NCBI GenBank assembly: GCA_913048135.1
Contig: CAJWVY010000001.1
Location: 4,245-68,244 of the forward strand
Reading direction: 5' to 3'
DNA from: an uncultured Verrucomicrobiales bacterium
GTDB lineage: Bacteria > Verrucomicrobiota > Verrucomicrobiia > Limisphaerales > UBA1100
Length of the DNA: 64,000 nt
The notes under the pieces: generated by a model
Seen by the model: only the letters and a program-made list of their open reading frames with translations
Database searches by the model: none
Told to the model about the DNA's origin: nothing
Program-made: the position numbers and the translations under genes
Shown: one piece after another, positions 1 through 13,960 of the stretch
How the letters are laid out: every line of letters starts with the position of its first letter
Position numbering within the stretch: the stretch's first letter is position 1

Positions 1-1
1 G

Positions 2-397
2 GTTGAGGGCGGCTGGACGGATTTTGATGTAGCCGTGGCTTCTCCTGAAGCCATGAAAGCTGGCGTGGCCAAGCTCGGCCGTGTGCTCGGTCCTCGCAAT
101 CTGATGCCGACTCCCAAGGCTGGCACAGTGACCGAAGATCTCGCCAAGGCCGTGGGCGAAGTGAAAGCCGGCCGATTGGAGTTCAAGGTGGACAAAAGCG
201 CCAACCTTGCACTGCCCGTGGGCAAGATCAGCTTCGATGCGGCGAAACTTTTGGAAAACGCCGAAGCTGCGTTGACCGCCGTGATGAAGGCCAAGCCCGA
301 TTCCACCAAAGGCAACTACTTGTTGTCCGCATCCATTTCCACCACCATGGGCCCCAGTGTGAAGCTGGATCTCAAGGAGATCGCTAATCTCGCCTAA
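2..397 (+). CDS. rplA: 50S ribosomal protein uL1, C-terminal part (5' end lies upstream of the window)
   Basis: Open in frame from nt 2. GGWTDFDVAVASPEAM...LGPRNLMPTPKAGTV...STTMGPSVKLD matches the uL1 C-terminal half. Directly precedes rplJ. Confidence 0.9.
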   Translation, partial: VEGGWTDFDVAVASPEAMKAGVAKLGRVLGPRNLMPTPKAGTVTEDLAKAVGEVKAGRLEFKVDKSANLALPVGKISFDAAKLLENAEAALTAVMKAKPDSTKGNYLLSASISTTMGPSVKLDLKEIANLA

Positions 398-412
398 ACG
401 GGGAACAATATC

Positions 413-925
413 ATGCGTGCTGAAAAACAATTTCTGACTGATGAATACGTTGAGCGGCTGAACGAATCGCCGTTCTTCATCGCCACCGAGTACAAAGGCA
501 TCACCGTAGCCGAGTTCGAGGATCTGCGTGGCAAACTCCGCGGAGTGAATGCCGAGATTCACGTGGTGAAAAACTCCGTGTTTGTCGCCGCCGCCGCCGA
601 AGCCGGAGTAGGCGAGCTTAAGGGCACCTTGAGCGGCCAGCTGGCGATCATCACCGGGGAAGCGGAAATTTCCGCCGCTGCCAAGGTGGTCAAGGAGTTC
701 GCTGAAAACGCCGAGAAACCGAAGATACGTTTCGGCTTCGTGGGCGAGGAACGCCTCGAGGCAGATGCCGTGTTGCGTATCGCGGACCTACCCTCCATCG
801 AGGTGTTGCGCTCCCAGTTGTTGGGCGTGCTACAGGCGCCGGCCACCCAGTTGGCCCGCGTGGTCAACACCCCGGCCAGCATGGTGGCCCGGGCCATCCA
901 GGCTCGCGTGGACAAAGGCGAATAA
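413..925 (+). CDS. rplJ: 50S ribosomal protein uL10
   Basis: 170-aa ORF 15 nt after the rplA stop and upstream of rplL. The N-terminal EYKGITVAEFEDLRGKLR region and the size fit uL10. Confidence 0.9.
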   Translation: MRAEKQFLTDEYVERLNESPFFIATEYKGITVAEFEDLRGKLRGVNAEIHVVKNSVFVAAAAEAGVGELKGTLSGQLAIITGEAEISAAAKVVKEFAENAEKPKIRFGFVGEERLEADAVLRIADLPSIEVLRSQLLGVLQAPATQLARVVNTPASMVARAIQARVDKGE

Positions 926-1058
926 ATGAAATGAATTTCATCTCCGCCGGGTGGCGGAGGTGAGTGAGACAAAAGTAAATCGTCGGGACGCAGGCGGCGC
1001 ACTGAAATCCTCCCCCGCCGGGAGGGCGACGAGACGAACAACAAAAAAGGACAAGACA

Positions 1059-1442
1059 ATGGCAGATCTGGACAAGATTGTAGAAGAGCTAAGCAGCCTG
1101 ACCGTGATTGAGGCGGCTGACTTGGTGAAACAACTCGAGGAAAAATGGGACGTGAGCGCAGCAGCGCCGGCCGCAGCTGTGGCCGTGGCAGCACCCGCTG
1201 GCGGCGACGCCGGCGCGGCGGAGGAGAAGGATTCCTTCGACGTCGTTCTCCTCGGAGATGGTGGCAATAAAGTGCAAGCCATCAAGGCCGTGCGCGGCAT
1301 CAAGAGCGACTTGGGCTTGAAGGAAGCCAAGGAGTTCGTGGAGAGCGCACCAAAAGCCCTTCTCGAAGGCGTGAGCAAAGACGAGGCCGAAGAGGCCAAG
1401 AAGAAGCTCGAAGAAGCCGGCGCGAAGGTTGAGGTCAAGTAA
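1059..1442 (+). CDS. rplL: 50S ribosomal protein bL12 (L7/L12)
   Basis: The track ORF starts at 951, but the canonical N-terminus [14 protein letters not shown] begins at ATG 1059. It has an Ala/Pro hinge and the C-terminal [41 protein letters not shown]. Confidence 0.95.
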   Translation: MADLDKIVEELSSLTVIEAADLVKQLEEKWDVSAAAPAAAVAVAAPAGGDAGAAEEKDSFDVVLLGDGGNKVQAIKAVRGIKSDLGLKEAKEFVESAPKALLEGVSKDEAEEAKKKLEEAGAKVEVK

Positions 1443-1459
1443 CCGAATTCACGGGCATC

Positions 1460-1509
1460 GGTGGCGACCATAGCCGCCACCGACAGCCCCGTTTTACGTG
1501 CAACGGGGC
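1460..1509 (+). promoter_or_regulatory. Two consecutive stem-loops in the rplL-rpoB spacer (possible attenuator or RNA processing site)
   Basis: Hairpin 1 is GGTGGCG (1460-1466) / CGCCACC (1475-1481). Hairpin 2 is GCCCCGTT (1486-1493) / AACGGGGC (1502-1509). No U-tract follows. They lie in the 183-nt rplL-rpoB gap, where E. coli has a partial terminator. Confidence 0.35.
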
Positions 1510-1625
1510 AAACAACACGCGGTCTGAGGACCGTCTTGAACACAGGGCAAAATATTTTTCCGAATCACGATTCGGAAGACGGGGAAACCCCGCCGGTGAG
1601 GGCCGGCAACATAAAGATTGGCGAT

Positions 1626-4600
1626 ATGGCAGCGACACAACGGGAACGCATCAACTTCAGTAAGATTAAGGAAGTCATCGACTTTCCGAACCTGATCGAG
1701 ATCCAGAAGAAATCGTACGCAGAGTTCCTCCAGCTGGGAGTGGACAAAACCAAGCGCGTTGAGGACGGTTTGGAAGCCGTTTTTAAGGAAGTGTTTCCGA
1801 TCGAGAGTTACGACGGTAGCATCACTTTAGATTTTCATAGCTACGAGATTCGTCCGCCCAAACAAACCTGGCTCGAGTCGCTGGACGATGGTGGCACCTA
1901 CGGGGCCGCGCTGTACGTCACCTTCCATCTCAAAGAGGGCAAGCAGGTCAAGGAAGAGGAAGTGTTCATGGGCGAAATGCCTCTGATGACGCCCTCGGGC
2001 AGCTTTGTGATCAATGGTGCCGAGCGCGTGATTGTGAGCCAACTGCACCGTTCGCCGGGCTTGGCTTTCGAGGCCTCTACCCATGCCAATGGCAAGACCT
2101 TGCATTCGTACCGGATCATCCCGGACCGCGGTTCCTGGTTTGAAACGCAGTTTGACACCAACGATCTGTTGTATGTGTATCTGGACCGCAAGAAGCGGCG
2201 GCGCAAGTTCCTGATCACCACTTTCTTCCGTGCACTGTGTTTCCTTAAGGACGACGGCGCCAAGGGCACCGACCGCGAGATTCTCGAGATGTTCTACGAC
2301 ATCGAAGAGATGAGCCTCAAGAAGGTGGAGAAACACGACAACCTCGCCGATCTTGTGCTGACACAGGATATTGAGGACGAGGAGAAAAACGTGATTGTGG
2401 CCCGCGCCTTCGAGCCCCTGTCGCGCGCTGTGCTCAAGCAAATTGCTACTACCGGCACCACCAAGGTGAGTGTGGTGAACATCTCCCGCGACGAGGGCCT
2501 CATCATCAAGTGCATGAAGAAGGATCCCACGCACAATGAGGAGGAAGCGCTCAAGGAAATCTACGGCCGACTGCGCCCTGGCGATCCGCCCACCGTGGCC
2601 AACAGTCGTGCCCTGCTAAAGCGCCTGTTCTTCGATCCTAAGCGTTATGACTTGGGTCGGGTGGGTCGTTACAAGATTTGCCAGAAGCTGGACTTCAACG
2701 ATCCGGATGAGTCTCGCACGCTGACCAAGGATGACCTGGCGGAAGCCACGCGTTATCTGCTCAAGCTCAAGATGGGCGAGGGTGTGTTGGATGACATTGA
2801 TCACCTCGGTTCGCGTCGTGTGCGGACGGTGGGTGAATTGGTCGCCAACCAATGCCGCGTGGGCCTGGCCCGCACCGAGCGCCTCGTGAAAGAGCGCATG
2901 ACTTTGTTCGATCAGGAAACGGACACCATGACGCCGACCAAGCTGGTGAACCCGAAGGCCTTGAGCGCGGTGATTCGCGATTTCTTCGGCCGCAGCCAGC
3001 TCAGCCAGTTCATGGATCAAATCAATCCGCTGGCTGAAACCACGCACAAGCGCCGCTTGTCCGCGTTGGGGCCGGGCGGCTTGTCCCGTGATCGCGCCGG
3101 CTTTGAGGTGCGCGACGTGCACCCCTCGCACTACGGCCGTATTTGCCCGATTGAAACGCCGGAAGGACCGAACATCGGTTTGATCGCGTCGTTGGCGACA
3201 TTCGCCCGCGTGAATGATTTTGGGTTTATTGAAACCCCCTACCGCAAGGTGGTGAAGGGTAAGGTGTCCGAGAAGATTGATTATCTGACCGCAGACGCCG
3301 AAGAGAAATACATCGTGGCCCAGGCCAACGCGCCGATCAATGACAAGGGCGTGTTCCAGACTGAGCGCGTGACCTGCCGCCGCAAGGGCGACTTTATCGA
3401 CGTGCCGCCGACTGAGGTGGATTACATGGATGTGAGCCCGAAACAGCTCGTGTCTGTGGCGGCCGCCATCATTCCGTTTCTGGAGCATGACGATGCGAAC
3501 CGCGCGCTCATGGGCTCAAACATGCAACGTCAGGCGGTGCCGCTGCTTGAGGCTGAGGCGCCGTTTGTGGCCACCGGCATGGAAGGTCGCATCGCGCAGG
3601 ATTCCTGCGCCGTGGTCAAAACCGAGGTGAGCGGCAAGGTCGCCTCGGTGACCGGTGAGCGCATCGTGATCACCAAGGACGGCGAAATGCCCGAGGGCAA
3701 ACGCAAGTTCAAGCACGATCCGGAAGCGGGCATGTGGGTGTACGAAATGCGCAAGTTCCAGCGCTCCAATGCCTCCACCTGCATTAATCAAAAACCGCTC
3801 ATCAGTCGCGGCGACACCGTGAAGGAAGGGCAGGTGATTGCCGATGGACCTTCTACTGATCAAGGTGAACTGGCACTTGGTAAGAACGTGCTCGTCGCGT
3901 TCATGCCGTGGAACGGCTACAACTTTGAGGACGCGATCACCATTTCACGGCGCATCGTGAAGGATGACGTGTTCACTTCGGTGCACATCTCCGAATACGA
4001 AGTGGCGGCCCGGGACACGAAACTGGGCCCCGAGGAAATTACCCGTGATATTCCGAATGTGGGCGAGGAAGCTCTGGCGGACCTAGGGCCGGATGGCGTC
4101 GTGCGCGTGGGTGCCGAAGTGAAGCCTGGCGATATTCTCGTGGGCAAGATCACGCCCAAGAGCGAAACCGAACTGGCGCCGGAAGAGCGCCTGTTGCGGG
4201 CCATCTTCGGTGAGAAGGCGGCGGACGTGAAAGACACGTCCCTGCGTGTGCCCAGCGGCACCACCGGCATCGTGATGGACGTGAAGGTGTCGGCCAAGGA
4301 AGAGAAGATCACCAAGACCACCGCCGCGGCCAAGAAAGGCGAGAAGCAGGTGCAGGACGAGTACAAGAAGAAGCTCGCCGATTTGCACGAGCAACTCACC
4401 GAAGCGCTGGCAAACATTCTCCTCGGCGAGAAGATTCCGTTGGATGTGGTGAACAGCGAGACAGGCGAGATCATCATTCCGTCCAACCGCAAGATCACCA
4501 AGACGCTCCTGCGCAAACTCGCAGTGAGCTATGACAAGATCGAGATCGATCCGTCTCCCATCCGGAACAAGATCAACGAGATTCTAGATACCTTCCGCAA

Positions 4601-5495
4601 ACGTTTCGAAGACCTACAGATGGCCCACGACGACGAGTTGCAGCGTGTGGAAGCGGGTGACGAAGGCGAGACCGGCGTGGTGAAGAACGTGAAAATCTAC
4701 GTCGCCTCGAAACGCAAGCTGTCCGTGGGTGACAAGATGGCCGGCCGACACGGAAACAAGGGTGTGGTCGCTAAGATTGTGCCGGAGGAAGACATGCCGT
4801 TCCTGAAGGATGGTACGCCGGTCGATATCTGCCTGAACCCGCTGGGGGTGCCCAGCCGGATGAACGTTGGGCAGTTGTTGGAAACTCACTTGGGTTGGGC
4901 CGCGAAGATGCTCGGCCTACACTACGCCACGCCGATTTTTGATGGTATTAGTGAAAAGAGCGTCCGTGAATACCTCCAACAAGCGGTGGACCAAAACGTC
5001 GAGCAGGTGGGCGATCCATTGGTGGGCGAAAACGGCAAGGCCTATCTCTACGACGGCCAAACCGGCGAACGTTTCGATCAAGAGATCGTGGTGGGATACA
5101 TTTACATGCTGAAATTGGGCCACTTGGTGGCTGATAAGATTCACGCCCGTGCGGTGGGCCCCTACAGCCTCGTGACCCAGCAGCCGCTGGGTGGTAAGGC
5201 GCAGTACGGCGGCCAGCGCTTTGGCGAGATGGAGGTTTGGGCCATGGAAGCCTATGGCGCCGCCTATACCCTGCAGGAATTGCTGACCGTGAAGTCAGAC
5301 GATGTGCAGGGCCGTACCCGTATTTACGAGAACATCGTGAAGGGCGATAATACGTTGGACGCCGGCATTCCTGAGTCGTTTAACGTGCTCGTTAAGGAAA
5401 TGGAATCCCTCGGCTTGGAGGTTAAGGTGGGCTACACCAACCCCTCGGAGAACAGCTCCGAAGCCGATGACACCCTCGCCGCCCTCGCCAGCTAA
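1626..5495 (+). CDS. rpoB: DNA-directed RNA polymerase subunit beta
   Basis: Start set at ATG 1626 ([17 protein letters not shown]...); the track ORF extends to 1461. Motifs: [61 protein letters not shown]. Confidence 0.97.
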   Translation: MAATQRERINFSKIKEVIDFPNLIEIQKKSYAEFLQLGVDKTKRVEDGLEAVFKEVFPIESYDGSITLDFHSYEIRPPKQTWLESLDDGGTYGAALYVTFHLKEGKQVKEEEVFMGEMPLMTPSGSFVINGAERVIVSQLHRSPGLAFEASTHANGKTLHSYRIIPDRGSWFETQFDTNDLLYVYLDRKKRRRKFLITTFFRALCFLKDDGAKGTDREILEMFYDIEEMSLKKVEKHDNLADLVLTQDIEDEEKNVIVARAFEPLSRAVLKQIATTGTTKVSVVNISRDEGLIIKCMKKDPTHNEEEALKEIYGRLRPGDPPTVANSRALLKRLFFDPKRYDLGRVGRYKICQKLDFNDPDESRTLTKDDLAEATRYLLKLKMGEGVLDDIDHLGSRRVRTVGELVANQCRVGLARTERLVKERMTLFDQETDTMTPTKLVNPKALSAVIRDFFGRSQLSQFMDQINPLAETTHKRRLSALGPGGLSRDRAGFEVRDVHPSHYGRICPIETPEGPNIGLIASLATFARVNDFGFIETPYRKVVKGKVSEKIDYLTADAEEKYIVAQANAPINDKGVFQTERVTCRRKGDFIDVPPTEVDYMDVSPKQLVSVAAAIIPFLEHDDANRALMGSNMQRQAVPLLEAEAPFVATGMEGRIAQDSCAVVKTEVSGKVASVTGERIVITKDGEMPEGKRKFKHDPEAGMWVYEMRKFQRSNASTCINQKPLISRGDTVKEGQVIADGPSTDQGELALGKNVLVAFMPWNGYNFEDAITISRRIVKDDVFTSVHISEYEVAARDTKLGPEEITRDIPNVGEEALADLGPDGVVRVGAEVKPGDILVGKITPKSETELAPEERLLRAIFGEKAADVKDTSLRVPSGTTGIVMDVKVSAKEEKITKTTAAAKKGEKQVQDEYKKKLADLHEQLTEALANILLGEKIPLDVVNSETGEIIIPSNRKITKTLLRKLAVSYDKIEIDPSPIRNKINEILDTFRKRFEDLQMAHDDELQRVEAGDEGETGVVKNVKIYVASKRKLSVGDKMAGRHGNKGVVAKIVPEEDMPFLKDGTPVDICLNPLGVPSRMNVGQLLETHLGWAAKMLGLHYATPIFDGISEKSVREYLQQAVDQNVEQVGDPLVGENGKAYLYDGQTGERFDQEIVVGYIYMLKLGHLVADKIHARAVGPYSLVTQQPLGGKAQYGGQRFGEMEVWAMEAYGAAYTLQELLTVKSDDVQGRTRIYENIVKGDNTLDAGIPESFNVLVKEMESLGLEVKVGYTNPSENSSEADDTLAALAS

Positions 5496-5524
5496 ACGAA
5501 AGTAACCCGAAAGGATTTATCAAT

Positions 5525-8500
5525 ATGAGCAGCACCGATTCAGCCCGCGAATTACTCGGACTCGAGCGCGTCAACCTCGTGGATTATGTGCAGGTCTCCG
5601 TGGCCTCCCCGGAAACCATCCGGCGTTGGTCCAAGGGTGAAGTTAAGAACCCTGAGACCATTAACTACCGAACCTTCAAACCCGAGAAGGGCGGTCTCTT
5701 TTGTGAACGTATCTTCGGTCCGGTTAAGGATTGGGAATGTTCGTGCGGCAAATACAAGCGCATTAAGTACAAGGGTGTGGTGTGTGACCGCTGCGGTGTG
5801 GAGGTCACTCTTGCCCGTGTGCGCCGCGAGCGCATGGGGCACATTGAACTGGCCGTGCCCTGCAGCCACATTTGGTTTTTCAAATGCATGCCATCACGCC
5901 TCGGGCTGATGCTGGACATGACCGGCCGTCACCTTGAGCGTGTAATTTACTACGAGGATTATCTCGTGATAGATCCGGGCGACACGCCTTTGGAACGTAA
6001 TCAACTTCTCACTGAGGCGGAGATGCGCGAGGCCGTGGAAACCTACGGGCCGAATGACAGCCTTGATGAAGGAGGTGCTTTTGTCGCTAAGATGGGTGCC
6101 GAGGCGGTATACCAAGCGCTTGAAAAAATTGACTTGGATCAGGGCATCGACGAATTGCACGAGGCCATGACCAAGACGCGCAGCAAGCAAATCCGCAAGA
6201 AGCTCGCCAAGCGCATCAAGCTCTTCAACGGTTTCAAGGAATCGGCCACGCGACCTGAATGGATGATCCTCAGCGTGCTGCCAGTGATCCCGCCGGATCT
6301 TCGCCCGCTCGTACCGCTGGAAGGCGGCCGCTTTGCGACGTCGGACTTGAACGACCTTTACCGTCGCGTGATCAACCGCAACAACCGTCTGAAAAACCTC
6401 ATGCAGTTGAAGACCCCCGAGGTCATCATTCGCAACGAGAAACGGATGCTACAAGAGGCCGTGGACGCGTTGTTCGACAACGGCCGTCACGGTCGGGCTG
6501 TGACTGGCGCGGGTAACCGTGCGCTCAAGTCGCTGTCCGATATGCTCAAGGGTAAGGGCGGTCGTTTCCGCCAAAACTTGCTCGGCAAGCGTGTGGATTA
6601 CTCCGGTCGTTCGGTGATCGTTATCGGACCAGAACTGAAGCTTAACCAATGCGGCCTGCCCAAGAAGATGGCGCTCGTGTTGTTCGAACCATTCATTATT
6701 CGCCGGCTCAAGGAACTTGGCTACGTGCACACCGTGCGTTCGGCCAAGAAACTTATCGAGCGCCAAACCCCGGAGGTTTGGGACGTGCTGGAAGAGGTGA
6801 CCAAGGGCCACCCGGTGATGTTGAATCGCGCCCCCACGCTGCACCGTTTGTCCGTGCAGGCGTTTGAGCCGGTCCTAATTGAGGGCTCGGCCATCCGCGT
6901 GCATCCGCTGGTGTGCACCGCGTACAACGCGGACTTTGACGGAGACCAAATGGCTGTGCACGTTCCGCTCTCCGTAGAGGCGCAAATGGAGGCTCGCTTG
7001 TTGATGCTGGCGCCTAACAACATTTTCAGTCCGTCTAGCGGTAAGCCGATTATGACGCCGACGCAGGACATCACCCTAGGATCCTACTACCTCACCGTGG
7101 AGCCACGCCAGTTGCCAAGCAAGAAGGGTAAGAAAGAACAGCGCATTCCGATGTTTGCAAACATGGACGAAGTGTTCTTCGCTCTGGACGAGGAGGACAT
7201 CGATCATCATTCACGCATTCACATGGCCAATCCGGATCGTGGTAAAGACACCGTGTACGGCGACAAGGAAGCCGCGGTGATCACCACCACCGCTGGTCGC
7301 GTAGTGTTTAGCGAAATTTGGCCCGAGGAAATGGGTTTCCCGAACTTCGAGGTCGCCAAGGGCAAGCTTGGTGAATTGATTGGGAACTCCTACAAGTTTG
7401 CGGGTCAGAAGAAGACCGTCGTGGCACTGGACAAGCTCAAGGAGCTGGGCTTCAAGGAAGCCACAAAGGCCGGTGCTTCCATCGGGATTGATGACATGAT
7501 CATTCCGGCCGAGAAGAGCCAGCAGATCAAGTCTGCCCAGAAGGAAATTGATGATGTAGAGAAACAGTACCGCAAGGGTGTGATTACCCCGGGCGAACGC
7601 TACAATAAGATCATCGATATCTGGACGCACGCCACGGACAAGATCTCCAACGTGATGTTGGAGACGCTCGAGGCCAACCAGGGCAAGGACGAGTACAATC
7701 CGGTCGCGCTCATGGTCGATTCCGGTGCGCGTGGTAACCGCCAGCAGGTGCGTCAGCTCGCCGGTGTGCGTGGCCTGATGGCCAAGCCGAGTGGTGACAT
7801 TATTGAGAAACCGATTCTCTCAAACTTCCGCGAGGGATTGACCGTGCTGGAATACTTCATTTCCACACACGGCGCGCGTAAAGGCTTGGCCGATACCGCG
7901 CTCAAGACGGCCGACTCCGGCTACATGACACGCAAGCTCGTGGATGTGGCGCAGGACGTGATCATTCAGGAGACCGATTGTGGAACGAACAACGGCATTT
8001 GGCTGGAAGCCATTTATGAAGGCGAAGAAGAGGTCGTACACTTGGCCGACCGTCTCGTGGGCCGTCATTCGTGCGAGGATGTGATCAATCCGTTTAACCC
8101 GGATGAATTCTTCGTGCGCGCCGGTGAAGAGATTGACGAGAAGAAAGCCGCCGCCATTGAAGACGCCAACATCGAAAAGGTGAAGGTGCGTTCAGTGCTC
8201 ACCTGCGAAGTACGCCACGGTGTTTGCGCCCACTGCTACGGACGTAACCTAGCTACCGGCAAGACTGCCGAGCACGGTCAGGCGGTCGGCATTATTGCCG
8301 CCCAATCCATCGGTGAGCCGGGCACGCAGTTGACCATGCGGACCTTCCACATTGGAGGTACCGCGTCCTCTGTCTTTAAGCAGCCGGAAATCAGCGCCCG
8401 TGAAGGTGGTGTGGTCAAGTACGAGGGCCTCCGGATTGTGGACCTTGAAGACGGCAGTCACATTGTTCTGAACAAGAATGGGCGCGTGAGTATTCACGAT

Positions 8501-9706
8501 CCCAAGACCAACGCGGAAGTCGAGGATTATGATATTCCAATAGGTGCTGTAGTGTCTGTGGCTGACGGTGAAACCGTCAAGAAAGGCCAGACCTTTGTGC
8601 AGTGGGATCCGTACAACGTGCCGATTCTCTCTGAGAAGGGTGGTAAGATTGTGTTCCACGATATTATCGAGGGCGTGACTATGGATCACGAACTGGATGC
8701 GGCCACAGGCCAAGAGTCCATGGTGATCATCGAGCACAAGGAAGATCTACATCCGCAAGTGATTGTGGAAGACACCAAGGGCCATGCCGTGGCGGATTAT
8801 CCGATCCCGGCCGGTGCCCACGTGACAGTGGATGAAGGTGACAAGATTGCCCCCGGCACACTACTGGCTAAAACCCCGCGGAAAACCTCCAAGACTAAGG
8901 ATATTACCGGCGGTCTGCCGCGTGTGTCCGAGTTGTTTGAAGCGCGCCAGCCGAAGGACGCCGCCGAGATCGCCAAGATTGATGGCGTGGTGGACTTCGG
9001 GCCCATCGTGCGCGGCAAGCGTTCCCTTGTTCTCACCAACGAAGAGAGCGGTGAGGAAGAGGAGCACCTCGTGCCGATCGGTAAACACTGTATTGTGTTT
9101 AAGGGCGACTTTGTGAAGAAGGGTCAGCAACTAACTGAAGGCCCGATTCTGCCGCATGATATTTTGGATATTCTCGGTCCAGAGAAGTTGCAGGCTTTCC
9201 TAGTGAATGAGGTTCAGGAGGTGTACCGCTTGCAGGGTGTTACGATTAACGACAAGCACATCGAAATGATCGTGCGCCAAATGCTCCGCAAGGTGCGCAT
9301 CACCGAGGCCGGCGATACCACGTTCCTGTGGGGCGAGCAGGTCGACAAGGTGACGTTTGAGATTGAGAACGAACGCATCGAGGAGATGGGCGGTCAACCC
9401 GCCGAGGCGAGCCCGGTGTTGCTGGGCATTACTAAGGCTTCGGTGGAAACCGAGAGCTTCCTGTCCGCGGCGTCCTTCCAGGACACCACCCGCGTGTTGA
9501 CTGAAGCGGCCACCCTTGGCAAGAAGGACACCCTTCACGGCTTTAAGGAAAATGTGATCATGGGTCACATCATTCCGGCCGGCACTGGGTTTGATGGCCA
9601 TCGCAAGTTGAACCTCAAACCACTGGTGGATCCGGTGGAAATGGATGAGGAAACCAACCTGTTGTTGGCCCCGGAAACCGAAGAGCCGAACCCATTGGTG
9701 GGTTAG
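5525..9706 (+). CDS. rpoC: DNA-directed RNA polymerase subunit beta'
   Basis: 1393 aa. N-terminal Zn finger [23 protein letters not shown] and catalytic [12 protein letters not shown]. Starts 29 nt after rpoB. Confidence 0.97.
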   Translation: MSSTDSARELLGLERVNLVDYVQVSVASPETIRRWSKGEVKNPETINYRTFKPEKGGLFCERIFGPVKDWECSCGKYKRIKYKGVVCDRCGVEVTLARVRRERMGHIELAVPCSHIWFFKCMPSRLGLMLDMTGRHLERVIYYEDYLVIDPGDTPLERNQLLTEAEMREAVETYGPNDSLDEGGAFVAKMGAEAVYQALEKIDLDQGIDELHEAMTKTRSKQIRKKLAKRIKLFNGFKESATRPEWMILSVLPVIPPDLRPLVPLEGGRFATSDLNDLYRRVINRNNRLKNLMQLKTPEVIIRNEKRMLQEAVDALFDNGRHGRAVTGAGNRALKSLSDMLKGKGGRFRQNLLGKRVDYSGRSVIVIGPELKLNQCGLPKKMALVLFEPFIIRRLKELGYVHTVRSAKKLIERQTPEVWDVLEEVTKGHPVMLNRAPTLHRLSVQAFEPVLIEGSAIRVHPLVCTAYNADFDGDQMAVHVPLSVEAQMEARLLMLAPNNIFSPSSGKPIMTPTQDITLGSYYLTVEPRQLPSKKGKKEQRIPMFANMDEVFFALDEEDIDHHSRIHMANPDRGKDTVYGDKEAAVITTTAGRVVFSEIWPEEMGFPNFEVAKGKLGELIGNSYKFAGQKKTVVALDKLKELGFKEATKAGASIGIDDMIIPAEKSQQIKSAQKEIDDVEKQYRKGVITPGERYNKIIDIWTHATDKISNVMLETLEANQGKDEYNPVALMVDSGARGNRQQVRQLAGVRGLMAKPSGDIIEKPILSNFREGLTVLEYFISTHGARKGLADTALKTADSGYMTRKLVDVAQDVIIQETDCGTNNGIWLEAIYEGEEEVVHLADRLVGRHSCEDVINPFNPDEFFVRAGEEIDEKKAAAIEDANIEKVKVRSVLTCEVRHGVCAHCYGRNLATGKTAEHGQAVGIIAAQSIGEPGTQLTMRTFHIGGTASSVFKQPEISAREGGVVKYEGLRIVDLEDGSHIVLNKNGRVSIHDPKTNAEVEDYDIPIGAVVSVADGETVKKGQTFVQWDPYNVPILSEKGGKIVFHDIIEGVTMDHELDAATGQESMVIIEHKEDLHPQVIVEDTKGHAVADYPIPAGAHVTVDEGDKIAPGTLLAKTPRKTSKTKDITGGLPRVSELFEARQPKDAAEIAKIDGVVDFGPIVRGKRSLVLTNEESGEEEEHLVPIGKHCIVFKGDFVKKGQQLTEGPILPHDILDILGPEKLQAFLVNEVQEVYRLQGVTINDKHIEMIVRQMLRKVRITEAGDTTFLWGEQVDKVTFEIENERIEEMGGQPAEASPVLLGITKASVETESFLSAASFQDTTRVLTEAATLGKKDTLHGFKENVIMGHIIPAGTGFDGHRKLNLKPLVDPVEMDEETNLLLAPETEEPNPLVG

Positions 9707-9774
9707 TCTCGGCCTCCCCGGAAACATAAAAGTGTGTGATGAGAAACTTTTTGCAAAAAAAGTAAGAAAACTTG

Positions 9775-9802
9775 TTGCACTGGGGATAACCTTTGGTAAT
9801 AT
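9775..9802 (+). promoter_or_regulatory. Candidate sigma70-type promoter for rpsL-rpsG(-fusA...)
   Basis: TTGCAC (9775-9780), 16-nt spacer, TAATAT (9797-9802), inside the AT-rich 158-nt rpoC-rpsL spacer. Pattern match only. Confidence 0.35.
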
Positions 9803-9864
9803 CCCGCCCCCGTTTGCCAAAAACAGCGCGGTAACGCGCTTTTTTGCAAGGTATTTAAGATAAA

Positions 9865-10248
9865 ATGCCAACCATTAACCAGTTGATCCGCAAAGGGCGG
9901 AAGAAGATTAAGGAGAAAAGCACGTCTCCGGCTTTGCAGAATTGTCCCTTCCGCCAAGGGGTATGTTTGCAGGTGTATACCCGTACACCCAAGAAACCGA
10001 ACTCCGCCATGCGGAAAGTGGCCAAGGTGCGCCTGACCAATGGTCAGGAGATCATCGCCTACATTCCCGATGAGGGCCATAACCTGCAGGAGCACAGCAT
10101 TGTGCTGGTGCGCGGCGGTCGGGTGAAGGATTTGCCGGGTGTGCGCTACCATGTGGTGCGGGGTCAACGCGATGCGCAGGGGGTGGAGAAACGCCGCGTG
10201 AGTCGCTCCAAGTACGGTGTCAAACGCCCGAAGGCAGACAAGAAGTAA
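9865..10248 (+). CDS. rpsL: 30S ribosomal protein uS12
   Basis: [12 protein letters not shown]..., [37 protein letters not shown]. Confidence 0.97.
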   Translation: MPTINQLIRKGRKKIKEKSTSPALQNCPFRQGVCLQVYTRTPKKPNSAMRKVAKVRLTNGQEIIAYIPDEGHNLQEHSIVLVRGGRVKDLPGVRYHVVRGQRDAQGVEKRRVSRSKYGVKRPKADKK

Positions 10249-10261
10249 ACTTTAACAGACG

Positions 10262-10735
10262 ATGTCACGACGACGCAGAGCAGTTAAGAGAGAGATTTAT
10301 CCGGATGTCCAATTTGGCAGCCGGCTGGTCGGCCGTTTGGTCAACACCGTCATGGAACGCGGCAAACGCAGCGTCGCCCAGCGGATTGTCTACGGCGCCT
10401 TTGACCAGATCGTGGAAAACCAGGAAGGGACCACGGCCTTGGAGGTGCTGGAGCGCGCGGTGGAAAACGCCAAGCCCCGCCTCGAGGTCAAGAGTCGCCG
10501 CGTTGGTGGTGCCACCTATCAGGTGCCCATGGAAGTGACCGGCGAACGCTCCGAAGCCCTGGCGCTCCGGTGGATCGTACAATTTGCCAAATCCCGCAAA
10601 GGCACCCCGATGGGGAACGCCTTGGCCAAGGAAATTATGGAAGCCTATGAAGGCGAAGGAAGCTCCATTCGGCGGCGCGACGAAGTGCACCGAATGGCGC
10701 AGGCGAACAAGGCATTCGCCCACTTCCGCTGGTAG
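10262..10735 (+). CDS. rpsG: 30S ribosomal protein uS7
   Basis: 157 aa. [12 protein letters not shown]...[10 protein letters not shown]...[10 protein letters not shown] is the typical uS7 terminus. Follows rpsL. Confidence 0.96.
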   Translation: MSRRRRAVKREIYPDVQFGSRLVGRLVNTVMERGKRSVAQRIVYGAFDQIVENQEGTTALEVLERAVENAKPRLEVKSRRVGGATYQVPMEVTGERSEALALRWIVQFAKSRKGTPMGNALAKEIMEAYEGEGSSIRRRDEVHRMAQANKAFAHFRW

Positions 10736-10754
10736 GACAATTTGCAGATGAATT

Positions 10755-10788
10755 CGCTCCGGGCGAGGTTTTTCCCGGGGCGTTTTTT
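10755..10788 (+). terminator. Intrinsic-terminator-like hairpin + T6 between rpsG and fusA (possible attenuator)
   Basis: CGCTCCGGG (10755-10763) pairs with CCCGGGGCG (10774-10782) as a 9-bp stem with one G-U pair and a 10-nt loop, followed by TTTTTT (10783-10788). Confidence 0.5.
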
Positions 10789-10803
10789 AGTCGAATAGAG
10801 AAG

Positions 10804-12969
<2,166 letters not shown>

Positions 12970-12978
12970 GGAAACAGC

Positions 12979-13293
12979 ATGGCTGCAGGACAACAAATTC
13001 GTATTCGACTCAAAGGCTTCGACCACCGCGTGTTGGACAAGTCTTCCACCGAGATTGTGGAGACCGTGAAGCGCACCGGCAGCCGCGTAGCTGGCCCGAT
13101 TCCGCTGCCCACCCGCCGCGAGCGCTTCACCATGACCCGTTCGCCGCACGTGAACAAAAAGAGCCAGGAAACCTTCGAGCAACGCACCCACAAACGTTTG
13201 ATTGATATTTTGCAGCCAACCCCGGCGACCGTGGATGAGCTCAAGAAGCTCAACCTGCCGGCTGGCGTGGACATTAACATTAAAATTTTTTAG
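12979..13293 (+). CDS. rpsJ: 30S ribosomal protein uS10
   Basis: 104 aa. [16 protein letters not shown]...[14 protein letters not shown]. Starts 9 nt after the fusA stop. Confidence 0.96.
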   Translation: MAAGQQIRIRLKGFDHRVLDKSSTEIVETVKRTGSRVAGPIPLPTRRERFTMTRSPHVNKKSQETFEQRTHKRLIDILQPTPATVDELKKLNLPAGVDINIKIF

Positions 13294-13297
13294 CGAG

Positions 13298-13948
13298 ATG
13301 ATCGGTCTGATTGGCAAAAAACTGGGGCAAACCCGCGTGTACGATGCAAACGGCAACGCCGTGTGCGTCACCGTGGTGCACGCTGGCCCAAATCGCGTGC
13401 TGCAGGTAAAGAGCTCCGAGGAAGCGGATGGCTATAACGCCGTGCAACTCGGGTACGATGATCAAACCAAGCCCGAGCGCCAGCCCAAGCCGTTGCGCGG
13501 TCATTTCGAAAAACAGGGCGGGAAATCGGTGAAACAGGTGAAGGAATTCCGCGATTACTCGCTGGAAGTGAATACCGGCGACGAAGTGCCCGTAACGATT
13601 TTTGAAGCCGGCGATTACGTCGACGCCATCGCGGACACCAAAGGCCGCGGATTTCAGGGCGTTGTGAAGCGCTGGAATTTTGGCGGTGGCCCTGCGAGCC
13701 ATGGTCAAAAAGGCTGGTTCCGCCGGCCTGGCGGCATCGGCGCCTGCGCCACACCCGGTTGGGTTGTGCCCGGCAAGAAAATGCCCGGCCACATGGGCCA
13801 GGAAAGCCGCACCGTACAGAACCTCGAGGTCATTCAGGTTCGCGAGGAAGACGGTGTGCTCCTGATCAAGGGCGCCATTCCCGGTTCCAAGGGTGATTAC
13901 GTGGTTATCCGGGATGCCAAGAAGCGCCCCAAAGCAGCCAAAGCATAA
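13298..13948 (+). CDS. rplC: 50S ribosomal protein uL3
   Basis: Start set at ATG 13298 (MIGLIGKKLGQTRVYD...); the track ORF (13202) overlaps rpsJ. FQGVVKRWNFGGGPASHG motif. Confidence 0.95.
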   Translation: MIGLIGKKLGQTRVYDANGNAVCVTVVHAGPNRVLQVKSSEEADGYNAVQLGYDDQTKPERQPKPLRGHFEKQGGKSVKQVKEFRDYSLEVNTGDEVPVTIFEAGDYVDAIADTKGRGFQGVVKRWNFGGGPASHGQKGWFRRPGGIGACATPGWVVPGKKMPGHMGQESRTVQNLEVIQVREEDGVLLIKGAIPGSKGDYVVIRDAKKRPKAAKA

Positions 13949-13960
13949 TGAGGCAAGACG

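Noticed and set aside
559-1543. Two long minus-strand ORFs (211 and 201 aa) antisense to rplJ/rplL
   Set aside because: They lie entirely opposite well-supported r-protein genes. Their translations are Ala/Ser/Pro/Arg-rich low-complexity sequence, as expected from GC-rich antisense frames. I treat them as shadow ORFs.
1461-1625. 55-codon N-terminal extension of the rpoB ORF; similar 5' extensions occur at 951 (rplL), 13202 (rplC), 16486 (rpsC), 17057 (rplP), 20033 (rplF), 52420 (lysC), 59790 (Sel1-2) and 45922 (methyltransferase)
   Set aside because: In each case the conserved family N-terminus begins at an internal ATG. The extension overlaps the preceding gene or a structured spacer and has no family-like sequence.
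2616-3488. 290-aa minus-strand ORF inside rpoB; comparable ones lie at 1827-2534, 6449-6844, 7211-7630 and 8249-8737 inside rpoB/rpoC
   Set aside because: They are antisense to strongly conserved RNAP coding sequence. Composition is dominated by His/Arg/Ala/Leu, as in reverse-frame translation, with no motifs.
12970-12978. Absence of tuf after fusA, considered as a possible deletion or assembly artefact
   Set aside because: The junction is a clean 9-nt spacer with intact flanking genes. In many phyla tuf sits upstream of secE-nusG-rplK instead, which would be outside this window.
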